Shown here piece by piece: positions 42,934 through 52,759 of a stretch of 64,000 bases of DNA. The stretch comes from an uncultured bacterium. GTDB lineage: Bacteria; Patescibacteriota; Minisyncoccia; UBA6257; 2-01-FULL-56-20. The notes beneath the pieces were generated by a model. It had not been told where the DNA came from. It did not search any database and worked only from the letters and a program-made list of their open reading frames with translations. Every line of letters starts with the position of its first letter. The first letter of the stretch is position 1. The stretch lies in the NCBI GenBank assembly GCA_963705915.1, contig OY970126.1, positions 515,552-579,551 of the forward strand. The letters run 5' to 3'. The position numbers were made by a program, and so were the translations under genes.

Positions 42934-45174
42934 CTATTGCGTGCAACCGGATGGCGGACATTCTTGCCTGCCAGGATTCGAAACGCTGATGTTCACCGTC
43001 TGACTCGCCACATAATTCTGCCAGTTCGGAGGATTACCGTTGCAAGAGATGGAATACGCAACATTACTTGTCGGCGTAACGGACCATGTCCCTTTTACCT
43101 CGTTCGGCCCAACGGCATTGATGTTCTGATCGCTGCTTCCATCGGTTCCCTTCAGTGTGCAACTCGGCGTATTAATATAGTCACATTCATAGGAGAGCGT
43201 CGATGAATTCGGCACGACTACGTTCGTTGGATTTGCCGTGAGCGTACAGCTCGGCGTATTGCCGCACAATCCGGTGCCGTCCCCTGGGCAATTCAAAGAA
43301 GTTTTTGAGAATGTCACCTGGACAGAAGCCGGCGTCGGAATATTGGGACAGCTATTGCCAGTGCATGGCGATGAGGTGCCAGTGAACGAGAGAGTCGCAG
43401 TGGATGTGCCGAGAGGCAAACCGGTTGACGACGCAATCACATTGATCTGGTCGCCCGGACCTCCAACCGAAAGGCCGTTCTGATCACTGAGTGGCGAAGC
43501 GGTAAACGGACAGCTGGTCGTCGCAACGCCGTTGACCGCACAATTTGTGAACGTTGCGTTCCAAGCGAGCGTCGATCCTTGCGTGCCAGCGTTCGTGACC
43601 GTCACACTGCCGGACGGCGATGCTGAATTGAGAGAGAGGGTCGGCGGAGTTAATCCAAAGGCCGCGAGCGGATCCCATTGAATAATGAACGTGGTCTGCT
43701 TGCCAGCGGAAACTTGATTCGATCTCGGATAGCCGGATGGGAAGGAAAACGCTTTTGCAACCGATCCTATGATATTTTCACCGAACGCGACAAGGTTGCT
43801 CCAAAGCGTATTGTTGCTTGCTATCGGAGCGAGCATTTCATTCCCAAATGCATAGCCAGCAGCGGAGCCTGGCGTGGGTATTATTTCATAAGTCGCAGGA
43901 GCTTGGTTCTGATAAATTACGGACGTTACATTGGTGCACGGACCTGCAGTGCAAGGGTTATCACCTCCAGAGCCTGGCTGGAATGACCATGAGGCAGTCA
44001 CAGGGCCATTCGGTGGTATCGACTCTATAGAAGAGACCGAGATACTGCCGGTCGACGGCCCAGTAATTGAGAAATTATCGGAATCAGACTTTGTCTTATC
44101 GGCATTACTCACAACCTTCACGGTAATGTTATTCGGACTGGGAATTTGAGAAGGTGCCGTATAGACCGCCAAGTCAGAGTTGTTCACGTTCGGGACAATT
44201 TTGCCATCAGGATAACTGCCGTTACTATCGCCGTTTACGTACCCATTTACATACCACGTGACTGCAGTGGTTGATGTGCCATTGACCGTGGCGGTATAGT
44301 TGTGTGTTGCACTCGTTTGGATTGAAGGCGGCTGGCTGTTTTGGATTTTAGGACTCAAGGTGACGCTTATCGGCAATGCATGCTGAACAGTGAATGGTGC
44401 GTAGAAACAAACTCTTCCTTGACCCGGGAACGTTTCACCGGTTTCGCAGACCCAAAGAATGTGGACGCCGTCAGAAAGGTTCTTGATATGCGTCGAATCA
44501 GAAAAATTATATTCGTAAATATTATTATTCGGCCCAGGGGAAGGATTCAAGCACGTCGGCCACGTCGATGTTGCAGCCTGATCAAGTTTTAAAGCATATG
44601 GATACGAGGCCCCCCCATCGAAACTATAGGTGGGATTCGTAACGGTTACCCAGGGTGCGAGTGGAACATCTGGCTTGTTAAAAGGATGACACGTTAACGT
44701 ACCGATTGTATCCCCCGACCAAAGACCCTCGTATCCATCGGCGATGTTTATCGAAGTGTCGGCATTCACGTCCGGCGTTATACTATTAGTATTCAAAGCG
44801 TCCCGCGTTGGCGTGTCGCACGTGCCCGGTCCGCATGCCCCGCCAAAGTAAAAACTTGCCCATGCCGAATCCGAAGGATTCGACTTGTCAGTCGCAACAA
44901 CATACATCGTGGGTATATACTTTACACCGCCCGGCGGGACTGTGTAATACCCCGATGCCGAAATGGTCCCGAGGGCCGAGTTGCCGCCGACCACGCCATT
45001 CACACTCCAAGTGACGCCGGTGGTTCCACAATTCGAAGCCGTAAATTGCTGCTCTCCACCTTTTACGCCTTGACCAGAAGGCGAAATACTGCAGGCAAAA
45101 GCAGAAGTCTTGAGGCCTCCCACCGCGAGAGCTGCGACCGCTATGATTGCCGCAAAAAATATCTTTTTATACAT
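42934..45174 (-). CDS. Large secreted Cys-rich protein with Ig-like repeats
   Basis: Signal peptide (AFA); VTWSVNGVVGGNSALGTISASGYYT and VTWYVNG...VYTAPSQIPSP..ITVKVVS.AD.TKS. Confidence 0.75.
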   Translation of the reverse strand: MYKKIFFAAIIAVAALAVGGLKTSAFACSISPSGQGVKGGEQQFTASNCGTTGVTWSVNGVVGGNSALGTISASGYYTVPPGGVKYIPTMYVVATDKSNPSDSAWASFYFGGACGPGTCDTPTRDALNTNSITPDVNADTSINIADGYEGLWSGDTIGTLTCHPFNKPDVPLAPWVTVTNPTYSFDGGASYPYALKLDQAATSTWPTCLNPSPGPNNNIYEYNFSDSTHIKNLSDGVHILWVCETGETFPGQGRVCFYAPFTVQHALPISVTLSPKIQNSQPPSIQTSATHNYTATVNGTSTTAVTWYVNGYVNGDSNGSYPDGKIVPNVNNSDLAVYTAPSQIPSPNNITVKVVSNADKTKSDSDNFSITGPSTGSISVSSIESIPPNGPVTASWSFQPGSGGDNPCTAGPCTNVTSVIYQNQAPATYEIIPTPGSAAGYAFGNEMLAPIASNNTLWSNLVAFGENIIGSVAKAFSFPSGYPRSNQVSAGKQTTFIIQWDPLAAFGLTPPTLSLNSASPSGSVTVTNAGTQGSTLAWNATFTNCAVNGVATTSCPFTASPLSDQNGLSVGGPGDQINVIASSTGLPLGTSTATLSFTGTSSPCTGNSCPNIPTPASVQVTFSKTSLNCPGDGTGLCGNTPSCTLTANPTNVVVPNSSTLSYECDYINTPSCTLKGTDGSSDQNINAVGPNEVKGTWSVTPTSNVAYSISCNGNPPNWQNYVASQTVNISVSNPGRQECPPSGCTQ

Positions 45175-45175
45175 A

Positions 45176-45661
45176 TTATTGAGATGATTCGGTATAGCTC
45201 ACCGTTATGGTCGACCCGCTTCCTTGAGGTTCGACAACAATATCCACGTCGTGGCCATTGCCGTCACCTGCTGCCATCCCGAGAAAATTCGCTTGCGATT
45301 GCTGATTGCTGATCGTCCATTGATTTGCCTGGAAATATGAAAAATATTCGTCGAAGATCGTATTCGCCGAACTTGATGAGTTCCAAGTCGCAGTGTACTG
45401 GGTTGTACCCGAAGCGTTTATAGTGTAACTCGTAGCAACAGTCGCCGAGGGATCCATGATGAGGCTCTGCGGAAATCCCGAGACAACCTGACCTTGTGAT
45501 GCATACGAAATTCCATTTGAATTCGCGGATCCCGTCTGCGTTGATCCTGGCTGTGTCGTCGGAGAACCTGGTCTCCAACCAACAAGAAGGACAACGGCGA
45601 TAATAATCACCACCACAACACCTATCCAGACCCAGACGTTTCCCTTCCGGTTGTCCTGCAT
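45176..45661 (-). CDS. Membrane-anchored hypothetical protein
   Basis: RKG followed by a TM and a Ser/Thr-rich extracellular domain. Confidence 0.65.
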   Translation of the reverse strand: MQDNRKGNVWVWIGVVVVIIIAVVLLVGWRPGSPTTQPGSTQTGSANSNGISYASQGQVVSGFPQSLIMDPSATVATSYTINASGTTQYTATWNSSSSANTIFDEYFSYFQANQWTISNQQSQANFLGMAAGDGNGHDVDIVVEPQGSGSTITVSYTESSQ

Positions 45662-45722
45662 ATGCAATTATCATACCAAACGCGTTTCCCAACTGTGTGG
45701 ATATCTTGCGGGCAATCCGCGC

Positions 45723-46370
45723 TTAACACGCCCCGCCGGAGGTGCAATCGATTTGGCGGGCGCTTACCGTTGTTTCAAAATGGAGCGTCGTACTCTGAAC
45801 GGCAGGATCGGTGCTGCTTGGGCTCACGCCGAGCATGATCGTGATGCGCGGTGGCCACTGGTCGCCTTCTATCTGTCCCATCATTTGGAATGTGAGATAA
45901 TCCACCTTCACGTCATCGCCGGTGAGCGGCCCCGGCACGTCACCGTTTTCGAGACTCGCCGAACGCATGAGCGTGCTGCTATCAAGCGTGTACTCAACAA
46001 GCTCATCCTGCGCGTTGTAGAATTCGATCGTAGGACATGTCCAAATCGGATCGCCGTTGTTCGGCTGAACGTTGCACCCGAGCGGCTGATTGTTTTCAAG
46101 GCCACAATCAGCATCAAGTTGCGTACTATTCGGCGTGTGGCAGAAAAGATAACCGGTACGAATTTCGCGGGCCATCTGCTCGATCGAAAGGCTCACGTTA
46201 TCTTCCGAAGAAAGGAGCAATGCGGTTTCGCGCTGGGTATGGATCGCACTCACGAATCCGCCAATCGCGATCGCCGTGAGAACGGAAAAGAGCAAGATCG
46301 AGACGAGCACCTCGACAAGCGTAAATCCGCTTTCGGAAGAATGATTATTGTGGTTAGGGGTGCCAGTCAT
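45723..46370 (-). CDS. Type IV minor prepilin (PilW-like)
   Basis: G|FTLVEVLVS class III signal. Confidence 0.85.
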   Translation of the reverse strand: MTGTPNHNNHSSESGFTLVEVLVSILLFSVLTAIAIGGFVSAIHTQRETALLLSSEDNVSLSIEQMAREIRTGYLFCHTPNSTQLDADCGLENNQPLGCNVQPNNGDPIWTCPTIEFYNAQDELVEYTLDSSTLMRSASLENGDVPGPLTGDDVKVDYLTFQMMGQIEGDQWPPRITIMLGVSPSSTDPAVQSTTLHFETTVSARQIDCTSGGAC

Positions 46371-46857
46371 AGAAATGGTCTTCGAGGATGAGTTGGCTGC
46401 TAAACGGAGTTCCCGCGTTCCAGGTGACGACCGACTCCACGTCGATTTCACTCGGTGACGGCGAAGAAAGGATTATCTGGCGGCTAAAGATCGTCGATGT
46501 GCCGTTCGTATAGCCATAGGTGTTATTAACCGAATTAAAAACAAGAGGCCTGTTCCTCGCATTAATCAACGATGTCGAATCGTACGAAACGAGCGCTTGC
46601 ACGCCATTGCAATTAAAGTTGCAGAGCGCGCCCCATCCAAGCGATGGATCATAGACGTCATGGTCAATGATATTTTTGGTGACTTCGATGCCCTCGGCAG
46701 CAAGGTACACGGCGATGTCTTGGTTGGTGGTTGTCCGCGTGATGAAAAATGATTGCGTGAGAAGCGCGGCGATACCGAGAAACGCCGTCGTGAGCATGGT
46801 GAGCGCAACGATGGTTTCGATGAGCGTCTGCCCCGAGCGGTTGCGGTTGCTCGCCAT
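46354..46857 (-). CDS. Type IV minor prepilin (PilV-like)
   Basis: G|QTLIETIVA and A..LAAEGIE. Confidence 0.8.
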   Translation of the reverse strand: MASNRNRSGQTLIETIVALTMLTTAFLGIAALLTQSFFITRTTTNQDIAVYLAAEGIEVTKNIIDHDVYDPSLGWGALCNFNCNGVQALVSYDSTSLINARNRPLVFNSVNNTYGYTNGTSTIFSRQIILSSPSPSEIDVESVVTWNAGTPFSSQLILEDHFYDWHP

Positions 46858-46860
46858 GGG

Positions 46861-47487
46861 CTAAAAACTTACCTGGCCCGTTGGGCCTATTTCGATATTT
46901 TCCGTTGCCGTGCCGTCAACGGTCTCAAGGTTCACATACGACGTCGACGTCGTTTCAAAAGCATTGCGACGCAAAGGGCTTAGCATATCCACAGTCTGCA
47001 CCATAAGCGTTGCGGGCTGGGGAGGATAGAACATGATGACCGATGCGCTCAAACAGTTCGTCGTGTCGTTGATCATCGTGACGCCTTGCGCCACGGGTAT
47101 TTGCCACGTGCCGTTGCTATACGGCACGATATCGTTTAACAAAAACGTCGACGAATTTTCAACAGTCGCGAGCGTGGGGCACACCCCGGTTTTTTGCGCA
47201 CTCTGCGGGCTATACACAAAGAGGGAATATTTGTTGGCTGCAATATCAAAATACACGCCATAGCCGCAAGCAGGGGTTGAACTCGGGGCGCTATACGTTG
47301 CAACGGCGAGTTGTTTTGCCTGAAGGATAACACCCGCAATCTTTGCCGATTGCACCGAAAGGGTAATTTGGTTGCGGCTTGTCCCGCTATAGACGATGAC
47401 AATCGTCACAATGAACGTGATGATTGCAATCACGACGAGAAGTTCGACAATCGTAAAGCCGCGCCTGCCGTTCACGTTATTCACCAT
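46861..47487 (-). CDS. Type IV minor prepilin (FimT-like)
   Basis: RG|FTIVELLVVIAI. Confidence 0.85.
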   Translation of the reverse strand: MVNNVNGRRGFTIVELLVVIAIITFIVTIVIVYSGTSRNQITLSVQSAKIAGVILQAKQLAVATYSAPSSTPACGYGVYFDIAANKYSLFVYSPQSAQKTGVCPTLATVENSSTFLLNDIVPYSNGTWQIPVAQGVTMINDTTNCLSASVIMFYPPQPATLMVQTVDMLSPLRRNAFETTSTSYVNLETVDGTATENIEIGPTGQVSF

Positions 47488-47513
47488 TTTATTTTACCAT
47501 AGGAGTTCCGGGG

Positions 47514-48371
47514 CTAGAGGCCGCCGATGTGAAGATATCCGCTCGTCACGGCATAGCTTCCAAAGAAAACGATTGCCGCCCCGATCGCAAGAAACGGGGC
47601 GAACGGCAGCGTGCCTTTCATATTCTTTTTGCCCCGAACGATGAGCGCGATCCCCACGACCGCACCAATAATAAAGGCACCGGCAACGAGAACCATGATG
47701 TCCGGCCAGCCGAATATGAGGCCGAGCGGAAACGCGAGCTTCACGTCGCCCATCCCCATCCCCTTTCCGCGCGTTGCAACGACGAGGATAAAGAAGAATA
47801 GGCACGCGATCACCGCAGCCGCAAGATGATTAAGGAGAATATTTTCCTGCAATCCAAAAAATCCCGCATACGAACCAAAGAGCGAATGGTTCGCAGGGCC
47901 GAAATAGCCGCCGAGCGTTGTGATGAAAAATATGCCGAGCACGCCGAGGGCAAAACTCAATTCATCCGGAATGATGCCGAGACGCAAATCGATACACGCA
48001 ATGAGGAGCAGTATTTCGAACACGACCACCCACAATGTTGAAACAACAATGAGCGGTTCGCCCGGGCCGGTGAGCATGTAGGTGACGATCGGAACGAATG
48101 TAAAAATGCACGCCGAGAGCAACTCGACGATTGGATATTGCCAACCGATGCGCGCGCCGCAGTGCCGGCACTTTCGGTTTTGGATGATAAAACTCACGAC
48201 CGGAATGAGCTCGTACCAGTGGAGCGTTTCGCCGCAGTGCGGACAGTGCGAACGGCCACCGATCACATTCGGGTCCGCCACCACACGCTCGCCGTCGTAT
48301 CGAAGCGATACCACGTTCAAAAAACTGCCGATCATGAGGCCGAAGATGAAGAGGATTATCTCTGCGGGCAT
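47514..48371 (-). CDS. pilD: Prepilin peptidase
   Basis: GSFLNVV, RSHCPHC, GMGMGDVKL and PFAPFL. Confidence 0.95.
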   Translation of the reverse strand: MPAEIILFIFGLMIGSFLNVVSLRYDGERVVADPNVIGGRSHCPHCGETLHWYELIPVVSFIIQNRKCRHCGARIGWQYPIVELLSACIFTFVPIVTYMLTGPGEPLIVVSTLWVVVFEILLLIACIDLRLGIIPDELSFALGVLGIFFITTLGGYFGPANHSLFGSYAGFFGLQENILLNHLAAAVIACLFFFILVVATRGKGMGMGDVKLAFPLGLIFGWPDIMVLVAGAFIIGAVVGIALIVRGKKNMKGTLPFAPFLAIGAAIVFFGSYAVTSGYLHIGGL

Positions 48372-48516
48372 GAGGTCATTCTAGCACGGAGATTATTGCG
48401 TCGAGGTCAGCCCGTCCCGAGCTTTCGTTCAACAGCGTCCATGCCAAGAACTCTACGCCGCCGCCAAACGCTGTCAAAACTTTTTTAATGAATTTTTAAT
48501 GTTAACCATATCGTGA

Positions 48517-48551
48517 ATTCAAAAACCCCGCTTTGCGGGGGTTTTTGAATA
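48517..48551 (-). terminator. Terminator after the major pilin
   Basis: ATTCAAAAACCCCGC/GCGGGGGTTTTTGAAT inverted repeat. Confidence 0.7.
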
Positions 48552-48576
48552 TCTTTAGCTAGGAATCCTTACTCTT

Positions 48577-49089
48577 CTAAAGAGTTACGCAATACTCAGG
48601 AGCAGCACAGGTCGAGATAGTATCTCCAGAAGGATTGCTCGGAAGCGTTGGCGGATTATAGCCGTCAAAAACAGTACCGCTTCCATTTTCCATGGTTGCC
48701 TGTATGACGTACGTTGTTGCTGGAGCAGTCGTGTTCTCTGCAAACAAATAAACATATTTGTTGGTGTTTATTGGATCGCTTGGAATGGAACTCACACCAA
48801 TACCAGCCGTCCCAACAAGGTCGGCTCCCATTGTATTATAGTACGTCCCCCCCGTTTCCGTCTGGCCGCCAATAATGGTAGCCGCTCCGCAATTCGCCGT
48901 ACCCGGATAGAAACCGCATTTGTTGTAGTAAAGTTCGAGACCATTCTGGATTTCATGGATGTCCGAGACACGTCGAGCGTCTCTTCCAGCCTGTTGCGTC
49001 GGGCCAAGACCCACCAAGACAACAGACGCCAAGATGGCGATGATAGCAACGACGATCAGGATTTCGATAAGGGTGAAACCTTTTTTCAT
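48577..49089 (-). CDS. Type IV pilin (probable major pilin, GspG-like)
   Basis: KG|FTLIEILIVVAIIAILAS, RDARR.SD...LELYY and P.DP; has its own terminator. Confidence 0.88.
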   Translation of the reverse strand: MKKGFTLIEILIVVAIIAILASVVLVGLGPTQQAGRDARRVSDIHEIQNGLELYYNKCGFYPGTANCGAATIIGGQTETGGTYYNTMGADLVGTAGIGVSSIPSDPINTNKYVYLFAENTTAPATTYVIQATMENGSGTVFDGYNPPTLPSNPSGDTISTCAAPEYCVTL

Positions 49090-49191
49090 GAAAGTTTAAT
49101 GAATTTTCCCTTCATCATTCGACCTTTCTTATGTATCCAGTATAACAGATGATTTTTCTCGGCCTGTGGAAAGAGGCTGGATAATGGCTCT

Positions 49192-50322
49192 CTATTTTTC
49201 GAACAATCCCACATATTCGTGGAGTTCAAATGAACGATTCCGTGAAAGCCCCGTCTTTTCCTTGAGAATGCCTTTATTTTCAAACTCCTTTACGAGTCGG
49301 GTTGCGGTAACAAAAGCAACATCAAGCTTGTCGGCGATCTGATTGATACTGAGGATTGGCTGGGAGAAAAGCATGATCAGGAGTTGTTGGCCCAATTCCG
49401 CACGTCTGCCCATTTCTATAATCTTTTTCTCGTAACGGCGGCGCAGGGTGATGATTTTTTCAAAAGTCGCCTTCCCTTTTGTGGCAGTTTCGACCACTCC
49501 GGTCAGAAAAAATTTGATCCATTGCTCGATATCGCTCGATGCTCGAACAACCGTAAGGGCGTCGTAGTAAGCTCCTTTGTGCCGTTCAAAAAAATCTGAA
49601 AGGTATAACGTCGGCTTTGCAAGAATGCCGGCTTCAACGAGTTGAAGGGTTATAAGCAGACGGCCGGTTCTGCCGTTGCCGTCGAGAAAGGGATGTATAG
49701 TCTCAAATTGGTAGTGGCTCATGGCAGACTTCACGAGTAGCGGGATCTCGAGATCTTTGTTGTGCCAGAATTTTTCGAGATCGGAAAGTAGTTCCGGTAA
49801 TTCAGTTGGATGTGGAGGCACAAAGACTGCGTTTTGGAGGTTTGAACCTCCTATCCAATTCTGGCTTGTCCGAATTTCGCCAGGCGTTTTGTGTTCTCCG
49901 CGTACACTCGTAAGGAGAATCTTATGGGCATTCCTCAGCAACCTCATCGAAAGTGGAACAGCTTCAAGCTCGTTAATGGCATAATTCATGGCTGAGATAT
50001 AATTCTGCACTTCTTTCCAATCATCGCGTCGCTCGGGATTGATATCTTCTTTCGGTTGGAGGGCCTCTTCTATGCGAGTTTTCGTTCCCTCAATGCGGCT
50101 GGAGGTTATCGCTTCTTTGGCGATGTGCATCCTTATGAAATAATTCACGTCGGGAACAAGCGTGGAATAGGCATTCAATTCGCCAAGAAGACGCATTGCC
50201 TCTGCAAGTAATACGTTGACCTTCTGGTCTTCCCACATAAAAGGCTTATTGATAAATGAGGGACTAAAACTTTTATATTGATCCTGCCGCACGTAGGTGC
50301 CGGATGTAAATGTTGTTTTCAT
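49192..50322 (-). CDS. Fic-domain protein with C-terminal HTH
   Basis: [12 protein letters not shown] catalytic motif and SSRIEG autoinhibitory motif. Confidence 0.93.
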   Translation of the reverse strand: MKTTFTSGTYVRQDQYKSFSPSFINKPFMWEDQKVNVLLAEAMRLLGELNAYSTLVPDVNYFIRMHIAKEAITSSRIEGTKTRIEEALQPKEDINPERRDDWKEVQNYISAMNYAINELEAVPLSMRLLRNAHKILLTSVRGEHKTPGEIRTSQNWIGGSNLQNAVFVPPHPTELPELLSDLEKFWHNKDLEIPLLVKSAMSHYQFETIHPFLDGNGRTGRLLITLQLVEAGILAKPTLYLSDFFERHKGAYYDALTVVRASSDIEQWIKFFLTGVVETATKGKATFEKIITLRRRYEKKIIEMGRRAELGQQLLIMLFSQPILSINQIADKLDVAFVTATRLVKEFENKGILKEKTGLSRNRSFELHEYVGLFEK

Positions 50323-50395
50323 AAGTGGAAATAAGGATTTCTTTATTTACACTTTAGCATATAAAGTGGAAATAAGCAAAATCTTGTTTACACTT
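50323..50395. promoter_or_regulatory. Two tandem 32-bp imperfect palindromes upstream of fic
   Basis: AAGTGGAAATAAG-N6-(T/C)TT(A/G)TTTACACTT at 50323-50354 and 50364-50395. Confidence 0.65.
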
Positions 50396-50398
50396 CCT

Positions 50399-51610
50399 CT
50401 ACGAGAAGCTCGCCGTGAGCCGATAAATTGGAATGAGCACCGAGGCAAAGAGCAGTCCAACCATAATGCCCATGCCGATGATGAGAATCGGCTGGATGAG
50501 CTCAACGAGGTTGCCGGTCACCTGGTCGGCTTCGCGGGTGTAGATGCCGGCAAGCCGGCTGAACATATCTTCTATCTTGCCGGTTGTCTCGCCCACGGCA
50601 ACCATCTGCGAAACGAGCGCCGGGAAAAAATCGGGATATTTTGCGATGCTCGCGGAGAGCAGTTCGCCTTGCCGCACGTCTTGGGCGATCTGGTGGATCA
50701 CATCGCGGTACAGTGAATTATCAACCATGTGGCCGATGATCTCGAGCGCTTGCGCGATCGGGATGCCGCCGTGCACGAGGAGGGCCGCGGCGTTGCCAAA
50801 GCGGGCGATCACAACCGGCATGTAGACTTGCTTTGCAACCGGCAAGCGCATTTTGAGTTCGTCCGCAATCGTCTGCCCTTCCGCGGTCTGGAAATAATCA
50901 AAACCCACGATGCCGAGGACGACAACCGCGATGATGATTGCCGGCCACCATTTTCCGAGGAATGATCCTACTTTGAGGAGAATGTTGGTGTACCACGGGA
51001 GCGCCACGTTGTTCTGCGCGAATACCTGACCGAGCTGGGGATAGACGAACGTGACAATAATGAAGGCAACGACAACAAAGACCACGAGCACGATTGAAGG
51101 GTAGATGAGCGCGGACGCTGCCTTTGATGCGAGGTCGCCTTCTTTTTCCGTGTAATCGGCAAGGAACACGGCGATTTCGTTGAGATTGCCGGTCACTTCT
51201 GAGGCCCGGATCATCTCAACATAATAGTCGGGAAATACTTTCCCCTGCCGCTCCATCGCCTGCGAAAACGAAAGGCCGGCGTCGATGTCTTGCGTGATAT
51301 CGAGGATCGCCCCTTTGAGCTTGGTGTTCGTGGTCTGCTGGGCGAGAATTTTGAGGGCGCTATTCAAGGGAAGACGGGCTTCGAGGAGCGTTGCAAGCTG
51401 GCGGGCAAAAACGATCATATCTTTGCGGCCCACCCGATTGAAGAAATCGGCAACGGAGTCGAGTATACTCGGCGCCTCGGTTGCCGAGAGGCTCATCACA
51501 AACAGGTTGTGGCTGTTCAAAACAACGACGGCGCTGTCGCGGTCGCTTGCTTCCACAAAGCCCACCTGCAATTCCCCGTCGCGTGTTTTGGCTTGATATT
51601 TGAACTTCAT
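50399..51610 (-). CDS. pilC: Type IV pilus platform protein (T2SS F family)
   Basis: FARQLATLL, ASEVTGNL, ALIYP and VGETTGKI. Confidence 0.93.
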   Translation of the reverse strand: MKFKYQAKTRDGELQVGFVEASDRDSAVVVLNSHNLFVMSLSATEAPSILDSVADFFNRVGRKDMIVFARQLATLLEARLPLNSALKILAQQTTNTKLKGAILDITQDIDAGLSFSQAMERQGKVFPDYYVEMIRASEVTGNLNEIAVFLADYTEKEGDLASKAASALIYPSIVLVVFVVVAFIIVTFVYPQLGQVFAQNNVALPWYTNILLKVGSFLGKWWPAIIIAVVVLGIVGFDYFQTAEGQTIADELKMRLPVAKQVYMPVVIARFGNAAALLVHGGIPIAQALEIIGHMVDNSLYRDVIHQIAQDVRQGELLSASIAKYPDFFPALVSQMVAVGETTGKIEDMFSRLAGIYTREADQVTGNLVELIQPILIIGMGIMVGLLFASVLIPIYRLTASFS

Positions 51611-52680
51611 GTGCGCTCAAGCAAGATGCGTAACTCGGCGGGATTCAAAGAATAGAGTTCGCCGTTGTCGAGGGAGATTTCTTTGTTCTTGATGAGGTTC
51701 ACGAGCGAGCGGTTGAGCGTCACCATCCCCTCCTGCAAACTGGTTTCGATGACGAGGTCGATCTGATAGGTCTTGCGTTCGCGGATGAGATTGCGGATGG
51801 CGGGATTCACGATCATGATTTCCATGGATGGTATGCGGCCGCCGGAAATTCTCGGAAGCAAGCGCTCGGAGACGATTGCAACAAGCGTGGCGGCGAGCTG
51901 TGACGTGACCTGCCCCTGCTGCTCGGCCGGGAATGAGTCGATGATGCGGTCGATCGTCTGCGCCGCTGAGTTTGTGTGGAGTGTGGAGAGCACCAAGTGA
52001 CCGGTTTCCGCTGCAGTCATGGCGGTCGAAATGGAAACCGCGTCGCGCATTTCGCCGATCATGATCACGTCGGGGTCTTGGCGAAGCACGGTTCTCAAAG
52101 CGGAATGGAAGCTTGTGGCGTCGCTCCCGATTTCGCGTTGCGAGACAATGCAGCGGTCTTGGTTAAAAAGATATTCAACGGGATCTTCGATCGTAATAAT
52201 ATGGTCCGAGCGCGTGTGGTTCACTTCGTCGAGGAGCGCGGCGAGCGTGGAAGACTTGCCGTGCCCCGCCGGACCCACAACAAGGATGAATCCTTGTGAC
52301 AATTTTGAAAAATCATGGAGCAATGGCGGCAGGTTGAGTTCTTCTATTGTCTTGATGCGGTTTGGCACCAAACGAAGCGCTGCGGCGAGATAGCCACGCT
52401 GAAAATATACGTTCACGCGGAAGCGCGCTTTGTCTTCAAAGCTGTAGGCAAAGTCCACCTGGCGCTGGGTAATCAGTTTTGCTTTCTGTTCCGGGCTGAT
52501 GAGTTCCCCTACAATGCCTTCCGCCTCTTCCGGCGTCATGATCGGCTCTTTTTGGAGCGGCACGAGCACGCCGTCGATGCGGAGCGTTGGCCGCCGGCCG
52601 ACCGCAAGATGCAAGTCGGAAGCATTTTGCTTTGCGCACGCCGTGAGAAGATCGTTCAGCTTTTGTTTATAGTCGTCCAT
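51607..52680 (-). CDS. pilT: Type IV pilus retraction ATPase
   Basis: GPAGHGKS, TIEDPVE, LRQDPDVIMIGEMRD and AIRNLIRE. Confidence 0.95.
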   Translation of the reverse strand: MDDYKQKLNDLLTACAKQNASDLHLAVGRRPTLRIDGVLVPLQKEPIMTPEEAEGIVGELISPEQKAKLITQRQVDFAYSFEDKARFRVNVYFQRGYLAAALRLVPNRIKTIEELNLPPLLHDFSKLSQGFILVVGPAGHGKSSTLAALLDEVNHTRSDHIITIEDPVEYLFNQDRCIVSQREIGSDATSFHSALRTVLRQDPDVIMIGEMRDAVSISTAMTAAETGHLVLSTLHTNSAAQTIDRIIDSFPAEQQGQVTSQLAATLVAIVSERLLPRISGGRIPSMEIMIVNPAIRNLIRERKTYQIDLVIETSLQEGMVTLNRSLVNLIKNKEISLDNGELYSLNPAELRILLERT

Positions 52681-52759
52681 AATGATGGCTTTTCTTCATT
52701 GTATCATATGCGAACCGAGGCGAGGCGGCCTCTAAAAACACCTATTACAAGAAAAACCC

